From contig NEEC01000018.1 of NCBI GenBank assembly GCA_002189035.1, positions 1,984,001 through 2,048,000 of the forward strand: a stretch of 64,000 bases of DNA, given 5' to 3'. The position numbers were made by a program, and so were the translations under genes. The DNA is from Utricularia gibba (taxonomy: Eukaryota > Plantae > Magnoliophyta). The notes below the pieces were generated by a model. The model worked only from the letters and a program-made list of their open reading frames with translations, was not told the origin of the DNA and did no database searches. Shown here one piece after another: positions 51,567 to 63,809 of this stretch. Position 1 is the stretch's first letter, and each line of letters opens with the position of its first letter.

Positions 51567-52355
51567 ATCCAACTATCCTTGCGATAAAATGGGATGTTGA
51601 TGGTGGTTACTTTTTTATTTTTTAAAAAATAAAAACGTTACGCATGTCTATTTTTTAACATAAAATTAAATAGTATCTATTTAATATAATTTTTCAAAAT
51701 ATTTAATGAATTAGTTATTTAATGAAATAGTGTCTCATTTTGGGTATTAAGCCGTGGGTCTCGGCCCACTACTAAAAATACTTACTAATGCAGAGTTCGG
51801 GCCCATCGCCTGGCAAATGTACAGTTTCAAGAAAATAATATTAACTAAAAATTTAAAAAGTATTCTGGAAATTTTTTTAATATTATTTTTATTTTTAAAA
51901 AAGAAAAAATATATTTTTTAGAATTTATAATAAAAATAGAAATGAGAAGTAGAATTAGTTGTTTTATTATTTATATTTTTTTACTTACTTTTAACTACAT
52001 TCAAAAATTATTTTTTATCAAAAACATAAATAGAAATATGAAATGTTTTATGTAAAATTATTTTCAGTAAAAACAAATAGCACTAGCAGTTGGATTGAAG
52101 GCATGAATGAAGCATCAAATCCACACTCCATTAGGGTTTAACGCAGTGCAATGCAAGTAATGATATTGAAGATCTTGACGTGTTCTTGTATTTCATAATC
52201 TTCAACAAGATTTAAAATTCGGAAAAATTTCGGATTCCGGATTTTGGAAAAATGCTTTTTAATTACAAATACTTAATTTTATTCTATTCAGATACTATAT
52301 GTATATCAAAATATCGAATATATTGAAGATTGAAACGTACAACATATCACAATCG

Positions 52356-52552
52356 AATTTAATGGAATGATGAGAGTAGATGATACATAGTAATGCATGT
52401 TTGTCTCGTAGCGTTGACTAGACCGTAGACTTCACCACTAACACGACTTCATTTTCTATTTTTTTTATTGCATTTCAAAATTACAAATTTGTAAATTATG
52501 AGGTTAGTAAAAAAAATGGGGGGAGGGGGGGGGGGATTTTTATTTTAGTGCA
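52356..52552 (+). repeat. Direct repeat copy 1 (pairs with 54593-54763)
   Basis: Shares AATTTAATGGAATGAT, an identical 32-mer CGTAGACTTCACCACTAACACGACTTCATTTT (52424-52455 = 54648-54679) and GTAAATTATGAGGTTAGT with copy 2. Confidence 0.85.
52518..52535 (+). repeat. Poly-G tract (G6-A-G11) inside repeat copy 1
   Basis: Directly visible. Copy 2 has only GGG at the equivalent position. Confidence 0.9.
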
Positions 52553-53503
52553 ACTAGGATTTTAATGTATGTAATTGAACAAAAAAGTTGAGTGCAGGTG
52601 GGACACAGCTCTTTGATGAGGATTACTATCCTTTTTGTAATTCAAAATTTAATTGAAATTTCCCACGAAAACGCATATAGTAAGGCCAAGCTAGTTAACT
52701 AAAGATGCGATCGCTTCTCAACCGTTCAGTTTCCCATCAGAACCAAACGGCTTCTCGAATCATCGGTTGATAAACCGCAATTCGTTGTAGACTTTGGTTC
52801 GAAACTAGATTCTAAAACCTTGAATCGAACTGAAACCCTTAAGCTACACCAAAACCGAAATCGAATGATTAATGTTTTAATGAATGATACATATCTCAAA
52901 CGCCTACACAATAAATTTTGATTTTGTATAACCATTGCTAAATACCCTTAAGTTATTATGGGTGTTCAGAATTGATATTAGATGCCCTGAGGAATCATAA
53001 TACGAGCCTAATTCTTTCTTCAAATTTAATTTAAAAAAACATGTGCTTGATCTCCTAAATAATTAAGAATCTATTAAAAATATAAAAGTAAAATAGATAA
53101 ATATTTACATACACCTACAACGGATCATATTAGTACCTAGAATAAGCCTTTTCAACATCTACAGTAGCGTATATGGATGTATTTTGAAAATTTATATAAT
53201 TATTTTAATAATTTTTTAGATATTTTTAATCTTATTTAAATTTTATAATATTAGCCAATAAATTATTGATAATAATTTATAAACATTTTTAATTTGTTAA
53301 TGTTTTTTTAAAAAAACATGATCATTTGATGATTTGATATATATTTAATAATTATTTTAAATATTTGAAAATAAAAATTAACGTTACGCTCATCCCCGAA
53401 TCCAACCGGAACGGGAACGCAACCAATTACAACACTACAGGCAACCAACCAACCAGTATATAAAGCGGATTTCAGTGCGCGGTCGGCCTTTCTCAGTTAA
53501 GCC

Positions 53504-54262
53504 ATGGAAGACCAGGAGAGAGTAGACATACCCTCCAACAAGGTTCCAAGAGAGACACTGCAGCCCGGAGATCACATATATCACTGGATTTTCAAAATCA
53601 TTTCTCACCACGGTATGCATCTTTCTTCATTCACAGTTTTCCCACTCAGAAATGATGATATACCGACGCTTGTTTGCTCATTTGGGTTGAAACTTGAAGG
53701 TATATACATTGGGAAGGGAAGAGTGATCCACTACGTTCGTGGTGACTCCAAGTTGTTGGCCTCCACTGCCGGTTCCTCCTCCGGAAACGCACCCACCACC
53801 GGCGGCGTCATTGAATCTTCTCTTGACGAATTCCTGGACGGCAAAAGGAAACCCTATCTGTACGCCTATGGAGTCAGTCAAGACTTTTTCCGCATAAAAA
53901 GAGGAGGCACCTGCACAATCATCCGGTCTGATCCAGCTGCAGATGTAATCCGTCGTGCTCAGTATCTCCGGGAACATGGGTTCGGTCAATACGATCTTTT
54001 CGATAACAATTGTGAAGCTTTCTGTCTTTACTGCAAAACTGCGTTGGTGGATCGAAACACAGGACGCCCAGGGGGAAGCGGACAGGTCACAGCCAATACG
54101 GCGGCGGCACAGACAGCCGTTGCTGGAGGTATCCTTTTTCTTGGCTCCTGGGTGAGTCGCTGTGGAAAGCTTCAGCTCTCAGAGGAGATCCACAAAAGAG
54201 ACAATTGGATCAAAGTCGAAGTTGATCGCTTGGTAGAGAACAGACTCTTGTGTTACTGCTGA
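53504..54262 (+). CDS. LRAT/NC-domain (permuted NlpC/P60) protein, divergent LEAD-SENSITIVE 1 (PSE1)-like; 87-nt intron 53613-53699
   Basis: LQPGDHIY, SHHG|IYIG..RVIHY, RGGTCT, GFG.YDLFDNNCEAFCLYCKT and GSGQ. The catalytic His/His/Cys positions are retained. Confidence 0.85.
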   Translation: MEDQERVDIPSNKVPRETLQPGDHIYHWIFKIISHHGMHLSSFTVFPLRNDDIPTLVCSFGLKLEGIYIGKGRVIHYVRGDSKLLASTAGSSSGNAPTTGGVIESSLDEFLDGKRKPYLYAYGVSQDFFRIKRGGTCTIIRSDPAADVIRRAQYLREHGFGQYDLFDNNCEAFCLYCKTALVDRNTGRPGGSGQVTANTAAAQTAVAGGILFLGSWVSRCGKLQLSEEIHKRDNWIKVEVDRLVENRLLCYC

Positions 54263-54592
54263 AATAAGGTTTGAGTTCCGAATTTAATGTTAAAAATGTT
54301 CGTGTGTTCTCTCTTGAATCTTCTCAATAAGGTTTAAGTTTGAGTTATATATTGAAGATGCTCTGTGTTATCATACTCGTATTGTACGATATTATTAACG
54401 TTCTCAATTTTCGTATTTTATCTTTCTCTTAATCTTTATACCAATTACTTCACAATTAATCACTTACGTCAAAACTATTCCAAATCAATCATTATTATCT
54501 TCGAAATTATTATCAAAGAAATTATATCACATTGCACAGTTATTGTGAATTCGAAATAAAATAATAATAAAAAGCACATCATATCGCCATCC

Positions 54593-54763
54593 AATTTAAT
54601 GGAATGATAAATAATAATGCGTGTTTGTCTTGTAGCCTTGACTCGATCGTAGACTTCACCACTAACACGACTTCATTTTTTTTATTTTTTTATTGCATTT
54701 GAAAATTAAAAAACTGTAAATTATGAGGTTAGTTAAAAAAATAGGGATGTTTACTTTAGGGCA
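54593..54763 (+). repeat. Direct repeat copy 2 (pairs with 52356-52552)
   Basis: Same orientation and shared blocks as copy 1. Confidence 0.85.
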
Positions 54764-55671
54764 TATATAGATTTATTGAGAACTAAAAAGATAATAAAAA
54801 ATCCAATTTATCCTAATTTCTGTCCGAATATACTTTTGAAATAATAAAAAATAAACAAAATAATATGGTAATGAAAGCCGTGTCTGGAGTCCGTCCGCTG
54901 GGCCGGGGCGGATCGGGTCGTCAGGCGTATGCGATGATCCCCTCTTTTGGGCTACTGAGCTGAGGCCCATTAATTAAGGCTCAGTCATTCCTTTCCACCT
55001 GAATACGGACAGGCTTTGCATTCTTGTGACCCACAAATTCAAAATTTAAAACACAGCAACTGTGAACTAAATGCACGAATGAAACGTCAAATCCGGACTG
55101 CATTATTACTAATGAGACATATAATTCTATTTATTAAATTAAAAAATAGAATATTATTGTAAATGACATTTTTATCCTTAAAACTATTTATTTAACTTAC
55201 TCCACGTTGTAAAGAATTATTCTATATGGAATGATTTTTAGAAAATTTCTGATTTTTTATTAATAAATATTATAATTTTATATTATTAAAATTAGTTACC
55301 TTTGTGAATGTGGTTGGGAAGACACGAGGTCAGGGTGAGGTATCGATGTGTCACGTGACATGAAAATGACGGGAGTGAAGACTGAAGTGAGTAGGTGCTG
55401 CGTATTAATTCCAATTACAGCTCACGGTTCAGGATGGGGAGGAGGTACAAAAGGGACGATTCCAAATAGAGAAGCATCTGATGAAAAGACGTTTCTGCCC
55501 TTCCTTCTGTTTCAAATTCCCCGATTTCGAAACCGAAACCACGCTCATAACTCCCGTCGGTCGGTGAGCGAGGGCGTTTCTTCGCGGGTGGAAAGACGGA
55601 TATACCCTTGCTTCTGCTTTGATTTCAACTGCCAGCGCAGGGGAACCACCGGTACAGTAGCTGTCGTCTGA

Positions 55672-57531
55672 ATGTCCAAGAATTTGGCGCCGGGTTCGGC
55701 GGCAGTTGTCCGCCTGAAGGACTACGTCGGGAGCCCCGTGCATTACGCCGTTGCTACCTCCAACCATGCGGCGCTGGGGAAGATACTCGCGGCGCTGCCG
55801 GTGCTAGCGGATCCTGCGGGGATCGAAACGGAGAGTGAGTCGATCGCACAAGAGCGAATCTCGGAGGAAATTGCGGCCGTGATTGACCGCCGTGACAATC
55901 CGCTCAGGGAGACGCCGTTGCAACTCGCCGTCCGCCTTGATGATGTGGCTGCCGCTAGGGCTCTCGCTGCCGCTGGAGCAGACGTCTCACTCCAGAACGC
56001 TGGGGGGTGGAATCCGTTGCAGGAAGCGCTACTCCGTCGCTCGCCGGGGATCGCTGCGGCACTCGCGCAGCAACACCACCTTGCGGCCTGGTCTAAATGG
56101 CGGCGGAGATTGCCGAGACTCGTCTCCGGTCTTCGCCGCATGCGCGATTTCTATATGGAGATGTCATTTCACTTTGAGAGCTCAATCGTTCCGTTTGTGG
56201 ATAAAATCGCTCCCTCGGATACTTACAAAATCTGGAAGCGCGATGGAAATCTACGCGCCGACACTTCTCTCTCCGGCTACGACGGCCTGAAAATCCAACG
56301 CACAAACCAGAGCTTTCTATTCCTCAATGACGGCGATTGCTGCAATTCCGCCGACGGTAAGATGAAACCTGGCTCCCTCCTAGTCGTAAACCACGATAAG
56401 AAGAAAATCTATGATGCATTTACCGGTGCTGGGTATCCGCTCTCGGAAAGTGAAATTGCCAGTTTGTGTAACCAAACTAGCGTCTACCGGCCGGGAGTTG
56501 ACGTAACCGGAGCCGAGTTGATTGCGCGAAAAAACTGGAGAGGCCAGCCGAAGACTGAGAGCGTCGGCGATTGGAAAGCCAGGGTTTACGAAATGCACAA
56601 TGTGCTCTTCACCTTCCGATCGCGGAAGGTGAACTCCTCGGAGCATCGAGATGATTCTTCCGCCTCTACCTGCATATTACCGTTGGAAATCGACGAGCAA
56701 TCCGACGACGGTTTCATCGTGGCGGAGAATCCGAGGTTTAGCGTTTCGACAGACCGGCAGCGCCGTCACAGCAGCTTCGTACCGGAGGAGAGGGAGTTCA
56801 TCAGCGTTTCACGCAAAAGCGTGGACATTATCCCAGTGGATTGCCGGAGAAGACCCCCGCCATGCGCCGCCGACAGACTGGTGGCGCAGCCGCAGACTAA
56901 GGACAAAGAATACTCTAAGAATCTCCGTCCCGTGGTTTGGCTCACCGATCAGTTCCCTCTCAAAACATCGGAGCTCCTCCCCTTGCTTGACATCCTTGCA
57001 AGCAAAATCAAGGCTGTACGCCGCCTCCGAGAGGTTCTCACGACGACATTTCCGGCGGGGACATTCCCAGTCAAGGTGAAAACGGTCAAAAGATATCTTT
57101 ATTTTTTTTTTCCTATACGTGGGCCCCTACTTATTCTGATTCAGTGAAAGCGCCGCTTCATATGACTTCCTTTTCTTTCCTTTTTCCCCTTTAGATTTTG
57201 CTTTGAATTCCTTCTTTTCATGCCTTGCTTATCTAACCGATGATCATTCATTCTCCTAACCAAGTTTGGCTATTTGAATCAGGTGGCTATTCCCGTGGTT
57301 CCAACGGTAAGAGTCGTGATCACATTCACAAAGTTCGTCGAGCTTCCGCCCCAGGAAAGTTTCTACACTCCCCTGAGCAGCCCAGTACATGAAGACGGAG
57401 GGAGTCGGCGTTGCAGCCAACAGACGACGGATACCGATCCGTTTGCGATTCCGACAGGCTACACCTGGTGGCGCGGCGAAGAGAAGAATAAGAGGCTGAA
57501 GAACTCGAGATCAATGAAGAAAGCCAAGTGA
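55672..57531 (+). CDS. Ankyrin-repeat domain protein 13-like (ankyrin + GPCR-chaperone domain); exons 55672-57075 and 57283-57531
   Basis: SPVHYAV, IDRRDNPLRETPLQLAVRL, QNAGGWNPLQEA, RMRDFYMEMSFHFESS..PFV.KIAPSDTYKIWKRDGNLRADT, LRP.VWLTDQFPLKTSELLPLLDILA.K.KAVRRLRE.LTT.FPAGTFPVK-VAIPVVPTVRVVITFTKFVEL. Confidence 0.92.
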
Positions 57532-58610
57532 AGGTGTTACGAAATGGAGCGTCTCTGTGGTTGAATAAGTGCAGAGGATCATCGCAAGATGGGGAGGGGG
57601 CGGGGGCCCTCCCCAAACTGCTCCGCCTCTGGCCCAGGCTTTCTGTGTTTGCTGTGACGTGGGAATGGCTGTCTGTCTATTCAGGGAGGGTCTCTGTGGT
57701 TGAATTCAGCAGCATCATTTGCAGAGGGGAACTCATCATCCCAAGGATGCATTTTGGAATGGTCCTCACACGGTGAGTCGTGTACTAACTACTAGGTGCA
57801 CTGTTGCTGGTGTCTGTCTTGAAGTTTTTTTTTTTCACTAAGGTTTATAACTCATCTGCTTGTTGAAAAAAGAAAGAACTCGGTTGGAGTCGGGTCAGCT
57901 CTGTCCCATTTGGGCTTAAATCCGGGTCCAAGGTGGGTTCAACCAACCTGAGGAAATGCATGTTATGGAAACGTGAATACTCTTGTCATCTGAAGAGATG
58001 AAGTGAAGAGACGAAGCCTGATAGAAGGAGTACAGGAGCACTCATCATCACCCTTGGATCCATCCAATCAGTCTGTGCCCTGTGTGGGGGCTGCTGCTGC
58101 TGCGGGGGATGTGATCGCGTGTTCCTTTCTCATTGCCTCAAACCATCTTTGGAGGAGATTTTCTTCTCTTTATGTGATGAATGCTCCCCGCATACTCGTG
58201 CTGGTTCCATCATTCCCAGGAGCCCACGCGCGATCCACAGGAAGCCCATTTTTATATTTTAGTGTTCCCAAATATTATAAATTAATATTAGAAGAATTAA
58301 AACTTGAATCCAACCCATGGTTTTCTATTTAGTTTGAATTTTAAATAATTTGTATCGATTAAGTGCTTGGTTTGGGTTTTTAAATTTTTTTATTAAAAAC
58401 ACGGAAAATCCGAAGAAATAATTAAGTAATTATGAGGGGAAAAATAACATATTCCAATTGCGACGTCCAGCAACACGGCAAACTGCCCGCCACTTTCCTT
58501 CTATTTCCCGCCCTTGTCCACCATTTCAAATCCCCAATCCCGCAGTCTCTCGTCTCCATTGTCGCTCCGCAGTTGTCTTTCCGTACCTCGATTCCTCCGC
58601 TTGTTCCGCC

Positions 58611-58955
58611 ATGAAAGCTAAGCTCGGGAGGCGCTACCTGGGGGCGTCGTCTTCGACTACGTCATTCTCCATTTACTTGAAGCCTGGAGCTCTAGCCAAG
58701 CTCCGGGACTCCAGGATAACCGCTAGATCGAGACAAGTGTCGAGGCAAGCTGTGCTCGCGTTGATTCAGCTAGATCGGAGTTCAGATCCAGCGTTCCCCG
58801 CGCCGAGTTCGCCGGTCGTGTCCATGGAGGTTGTCCCCTGTTTTCGGTTGAGATCGGCCAGGTACCATCCTCTCTGCCTTCAGCGCAAGAAACTCGTTTC
58901 TGTGACGCCTCTGTTCTGCGATACTCCGTCGCAGCAGTCTCGTGTGGATGGATGA
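58611..58955 (+). CDS. Small uncharacterised plant-conserved protein (114 aa, intronless)
   Basis: GC-rich ORF with a good Kozak context (ccgccATGA) and the motifs YLKPGALAKLRDSRI and PCF...P.CLQRKKLV, which I recall from an uncharacterised angiosperm family. Confidence 0.7.
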   Translation: MKAKLGRRYLGASSSTTSFSIYLKPGALAKLRDSRITARSRQVSRQAVLALIQLDRSSDPAFPAPSSPVVSMEVVPCFRLRSARYHPLCLQRKKLVSVTPLFCDTPSQQSRVDG

Positions 58956-59351
58956 CTCATTGGCATTTAGCGATATCGGGGAGTTGTATGTAACTTATCC
59001 CGGCATTTAGGATGAATTATGAGATGAAGTGTTGTTCTGTCTTCATGTTCTGTTTTGCAGAACCCCTGGACATATTTTCAAGTTTCCGATCCACTGAATC
59101 ACTCGCAATGCAGCGAGCCATCAAAACACCTCAAACAACGTACACGAACTTCTGATGTGGATTGCTGGAGCCACCAGAAGAATAAAACGTTCAGCAGCCT
59201 CAGCAAACCAACACCAAGTTTCGCACCCCATTAAGCCTACAAAGAAGTAGGAAAGCATGAATAAGGTCATACTACAGCCTGCACACAACCAACATGGCTT
59301 GGTTTGGTTTGTCTTCAAGCCCTCGAACCTTGAGAAACCGCAATCCAGGGA

Positions 59352-61568
59352 TCACCGGATAGGGTGGTACTGGGCAGACACTCTTTTTGCTGGCAGCTTC
59401 CGCAAGATGAACAGGACGAGAGCAGATGGAAGAACCTCGACCAGCTGTTTTTAGACAAATGAATTCTCTCTCAGGAGCCTGATGAGTTAGTGCATCAAGT
59501 GGGGAGACATCAAGAAAGACGTACAATGTAATAGATCAAATTCAACACAGGGTGATCAAGAACATCAAGCGAGGCGTCCGAATCGAAAGCTGAGAGTGCA
59601 AGCTGCATAGAGAGCTTTTAGATACACAAGAGGCCTCAAGATTATGGCATCATATGTTTCCACATGCCGATCAATGCCACTGTACTGTGCTAGTGATCAT
59701 GCATTAGAAGGCGATACATTGTGTCACAACTTACCACAAAGCATCTTATAAGAAAACAGGTGAAGCATATTGCGGTCACCGATCCCACCTGAAAAGAATA
59801 CAAGTATTGATGCCGGAAACAAAGCGGAACAGATTCTAGCAGAGGTGAGGGTTAGCATAATGACTAAGGCTTGTTGCTAATGGATATATAAAGCGAAACT
59901 CACTTCGTGCAGCTTCTTTCTTCTCCCTTTGGACTCAATAGGGAATCGTCTTAGCATGAAAAATAACCTGGAAAGCAAAGAATCTCAGTCGGCAAAGAGC
60001 AGCGGTAATAAAGATTGGAATGGGAGAAATCGGTAAATAGATATTACCTCCCTCCATAGAGCAAAAACCCAAGTGCAGCTATAAATGATACCACTGCAGA
60101 GATCAAAGACTGTTAGTAGCAAGGTTTTAAATTCAGAAACATAAAGGAACTTTGGGAGAATGATCAAAATTTCAGCCAACTACAAATCTTTTGAAATATG
60201 TTTATTTTCCCATCTTGGTTGATATGACCAATGAAACAGGGAATTCCAGACGAATTCCACTGGAATCCCATTAGTAATAAGAAAAAATAAAGGCAGTTCA
60301 AGAACGCAATAGGGACCAACCTGCAATGAAAATCTTTCCAATGAATTCCACAACAGGGTTATCATCTATCCAGATGTATATCCAGATACAAACCTGATAC
60401 AAAAATTTCTAATCAGAACTAACAAATCCTGACCAATAGCTCCAAACCTGGCTGTGCAGATAACTATGTTTTGGTGCATAGGGTTCTTCATTCACAGATA
60501 ACTACCCGCGGAAAATAGAGTATGATTACAGATATGCATGGTGATAAAAGCAAGCATCATCCGAAATAGCTTAGAAATGAGCTTTCCTGCTTCTGAGCGG
60601 ATGCAGTGACTAATTTATGTGGAAGGAAACCAAAACGAACCTGTACAAAATAAATTGCAGCATTGATGGAAATGTAGGAGATCCTGAGCTTATCTGTCGG
60701 TAAGCTTCTTGCCTATGAGAAGACGAAGGTGGCATAGCTATTCAGCCAACATTCATGACTCAAAACTGTCATTTCATCAACGAACAATGTACCTGATGGT
60801 ATATCTCCGCCCAGAAGAGGACAAGAAGCGTATATGTAGAAAAGAAAAGCAACCCAGGAAGATCCAAGAGCGCCAGAGTCAGCACCTGGTTAGTACCACA
60901 AGACAGCAGAATCAGAAAAAATAAATTCAAAGGTCAGGGTCTGTATTAGAATACAATCAAATGCAAGCATCATTAGTTCTAAATTATGTATGACCAAAAA
61001 GATGGGTGACGATGATGCTTGTTCTAAGCATCATGATTTTCAGAATTATAAGGCAATGAAAAATGAAAGAGGAGGGTCGGTTAGGAAGGCCTTACCTTCG
61101 GATGGAAATGAAACACATGCTTATGAAATCCAAACACAACTGCCCGCACTGAAAATTCAACATTTTTGAATAAGAAAGATGGTATTATGGTATACACATG
61201 AAAGTTCAGGGAAACACATTCATACATCCATTCACGATGAAGTTCATAATGTGGAAAACCTTCTGAGTTGTCCAACCATATTCAGGCACCCTTAGTTCAA
61301 TTCTTACGTATTGAATCTGCAAGAAAACAACCAACAGAAACAATCACGAATCAGAGAAAGTGAACCCTCACACCCTGCATAACCCATACAATAAAGGTGT
61401 CAAGTTACTCGCCAGGGCTACAGCAGCGACGAGAGCGTAAACACCGCAAAGAGTGAAGAAAATCCCATCTTGCCACTGGGCAGACTCATTGATCTCTTCC
61501 CACCAGCTTCCGGTCAGACCAGCGAATGTGGTGCCGCCCGGGAGAGTGATTAGCGGAATTCTTGTCAT
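59352..61568 (-). CDS. TOM1: Tobamovirus multiplication protein 1 (TOM1 family, multi-TM)
   Basis: [151 protein letters not shown]. The first intron uses a GC donor. Confidence 0.95.
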
Positions 61569-61948
61569 TCCGGATTAGGTATCTGTTTCCGGACAAGACA
61601 AATGAAAAACTGGCAAAATGATGAGCTGGGTAGATAGAAGCAAAAAGCGATTTGTTCAAATCAAATCAATTCCGGTCCCAGGAGCCGGAATCGTGAATCT
61701 GTGTGCGTACGCGCGGCGAGTGTGAGAAAGATAGCGGTCGCCTTCTCGCGTGAGCTTTGTCTCTCTGTTCATTTTCCGATAACTTCCAGAACAGGTTCCA
61801 TGCTATATATTTTTATTTCTTTGAAATAATATATAAAAAAAGAAAAACAACAGAAATACATCTAAAACCCTAAACACACTCAATAGCTGCAGAAGAGGAG
61901 CCTTGGAAGCCATTACCAGTTCATTTGTGAGGGTTTTTGGTGGCTTCA

Positions 61949-63141
61949 ATGGCGTTAAGCAGCAGGGTTCGGAGTCTGTATCTCCAGCGATGTCGTATGT
62001 ACTCGACGGCTATCCTCAGCCCAGATTCTAAATCGCCGCTCAGCAGCAAGGAGAAATCGAGGGCTGCGATTTCGCTCCTCAAGCTAGAGAAGAACCCAGA
62101 ACGGATTCTCGATATCTGTCGAGCTGCGGCACTGACGCCGGAGTCGCATTTGGACAGGGTAGCTTACTCGACCGCGATTTCGAAGCTTAAGGACTCGAAT
62201 TACTATGAGGGAATTCGAGACTTCGTTAGGGACTCGCTGGCACGCCCTGATTTCAAATCTGAGCGCTTTTTTAAGCATTTTATTGTTCTGTTTGGACAGG
62301 CGGGTCTTATCAAGGATGCTGTTAAGTTGTTCGACGAAATGCCTAAGACGGGTGTTGATATGAGCGTGAAAGCGTTGAATTCTTTATTATTCTCTTGCAT
62401 ACTGGCTGGAGAATACGGGGAGATGAAGAGGATTTTTTCCGATTTCCCGAGGAAATATGGGTTGAAGCCGGACTGTGATACGTATAACACCTTGTTGAAG
62501 GGTTGTGTGAATCGGGCAGTTCCAGTTCTGCCTATTCAATACTATCCGAAATGGAGAGAAATGAGATAAAGCCTACTGCAGCCACGCTTTCCATTTTGAT
62601 AGCAGGGTTTTATAAGGAGGAGAAGTTTAGTGATGTGGATAAGATAGTGGAGTCCATGAAGAAATATGGAGTACGTTCAGGAATTGGTGTCTACAATGCA
62701 AAGATCCAAAGCTTGTGCAAACTTAAAAGATCAGCTGAGGCTAAGGGTGTGCTAGAAGAGATCTTGTGGAAGAAAATGGAGCCAAATAATGCGACGTACA
62801 GCCATTTGATTCATGGGTTTTGCAAGGAAGGCAAGTTGGATATAGCCAAGGATTTGTTCAAGGAGATGATTAGTAGGAAGCTGAAACCGGAAGGTGTTTG
62901 CTATTACAGACTGATACACTATTTGTGCCAAGGTAAGGATTTTGAGGCTGCATTGGCCGTTTATAAGGATTCTGTATCAAAAATTTGGGTGCCGAAAATA
63001 GTAACAATGAAGGCTCTTGTCAATGGACTGATTAGCATCCACAAAGTTGATGAGGCAAAAGAAATCATCGCATTTGTGAAAGAAAAATTCCCAGCAAAAG
63101 CAGATAAATGGACTGAGATTGAGGAAGTTTTATCCCAGTAG
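61949..63141 (+). CDS. Mitochondrial P-class PPR protein, PPR336/At1g61870-like (apparent 1-nt frameshift at 62501-62503)
   Basis: Presequence, then ILSPDSKSPLSSKEKSRAAISLLKLEKNPERILDICRAAALTP.SHLDR.A.S.AIS, followed by tandem PPR motifs split over ORFs 61937-62569 and 62503-63141. An upstream telo-box lies at 61865-61873. Confidence 0.85.
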
Positions 63142-63614
63142 ACTCTGCTTTTATGAATCTTCTATTGCTTGAATCTTTGGTAGCATACTGTCTTCCCTTT
63201 TATCATCTGGATTATGTTTTGTTCTGAACTGATGATTACTGTGAAATTCTATGGGGTCATCGGGTCATTACCCACGTCCTTATTAGTTCATAGCATTAGA
63301 AGATGTCAGGTTATTACCCCAACCTTTTTCGTTTAAACATTACAGCCACTCGGGGTTGTGGTGAAAGATTCTAAATTCAACAATTCTTTGTTACAACTTA
63401 CACAGGGGTCTTCCAAGAACCCATGCCCACTCCAGATATCGAGCCTGCAGATGTAACGTATCCTGAGGATTTTGTTCCTTTGCTATGGTTGGATAATGTC
63501 CATTGCTGGTGCATCTGTTTCAATGCAATTCACTTTCATCTTGGCAACCCTCGTCGATCTCAGCCAAGAAGAAGAAGAAGAATCGGGTTAGGGGATGAAG
63601 TTGATCTTGGCTCC

Positions 63615-63809
63615 TTACGTTCCACTTTTGTCTTGATAAAGAACCTGGGCATCAGTTACCTAGTGAAATGAGAATAATGATGATATGCATATCAGAAGAA
63701 ATGTCAAGAACGGCAGAATGAAGCTCGAGCAAACCTTAAGATGACCATGCGGAATGAAGTTGATGCGAAATCGGCGTCCAGCTTCGAGTTTATTCATTTG
63801 CGTCGAATC
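63615..63809 (-). CDS. Possible last two exons of an unidentified gene extending beyond the right edge
   Basis: Exon 63809-63735 (DSTQMNKLEAGRRFRINFIPHGHLK, open only in phase 0), a 75-nt GT-AG intron, then exon 63659-63615 (VTDAQVLYQDKSGT*). Family not recognised. Confidence 0.35.

Noticed and set aside
52090-52101. TTGGATTGAAGG resembling miR159
   Set aside because: Only 12 nt match, the 3' half diverges, and there is no long fold-back precursor.
55743-57079. Alternative-frame ORFs inside the ANKRD13-like exon
   Set aside because: Shadows of a GC-rich coding exon with no independent signals.
58000-58330. GCT/CAG-repeat segment with short ORFs on both strands
   Set aside because: No ATG-initiated frame with recognisable peptide-hormone or CYSTM features. 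Left unassigned.
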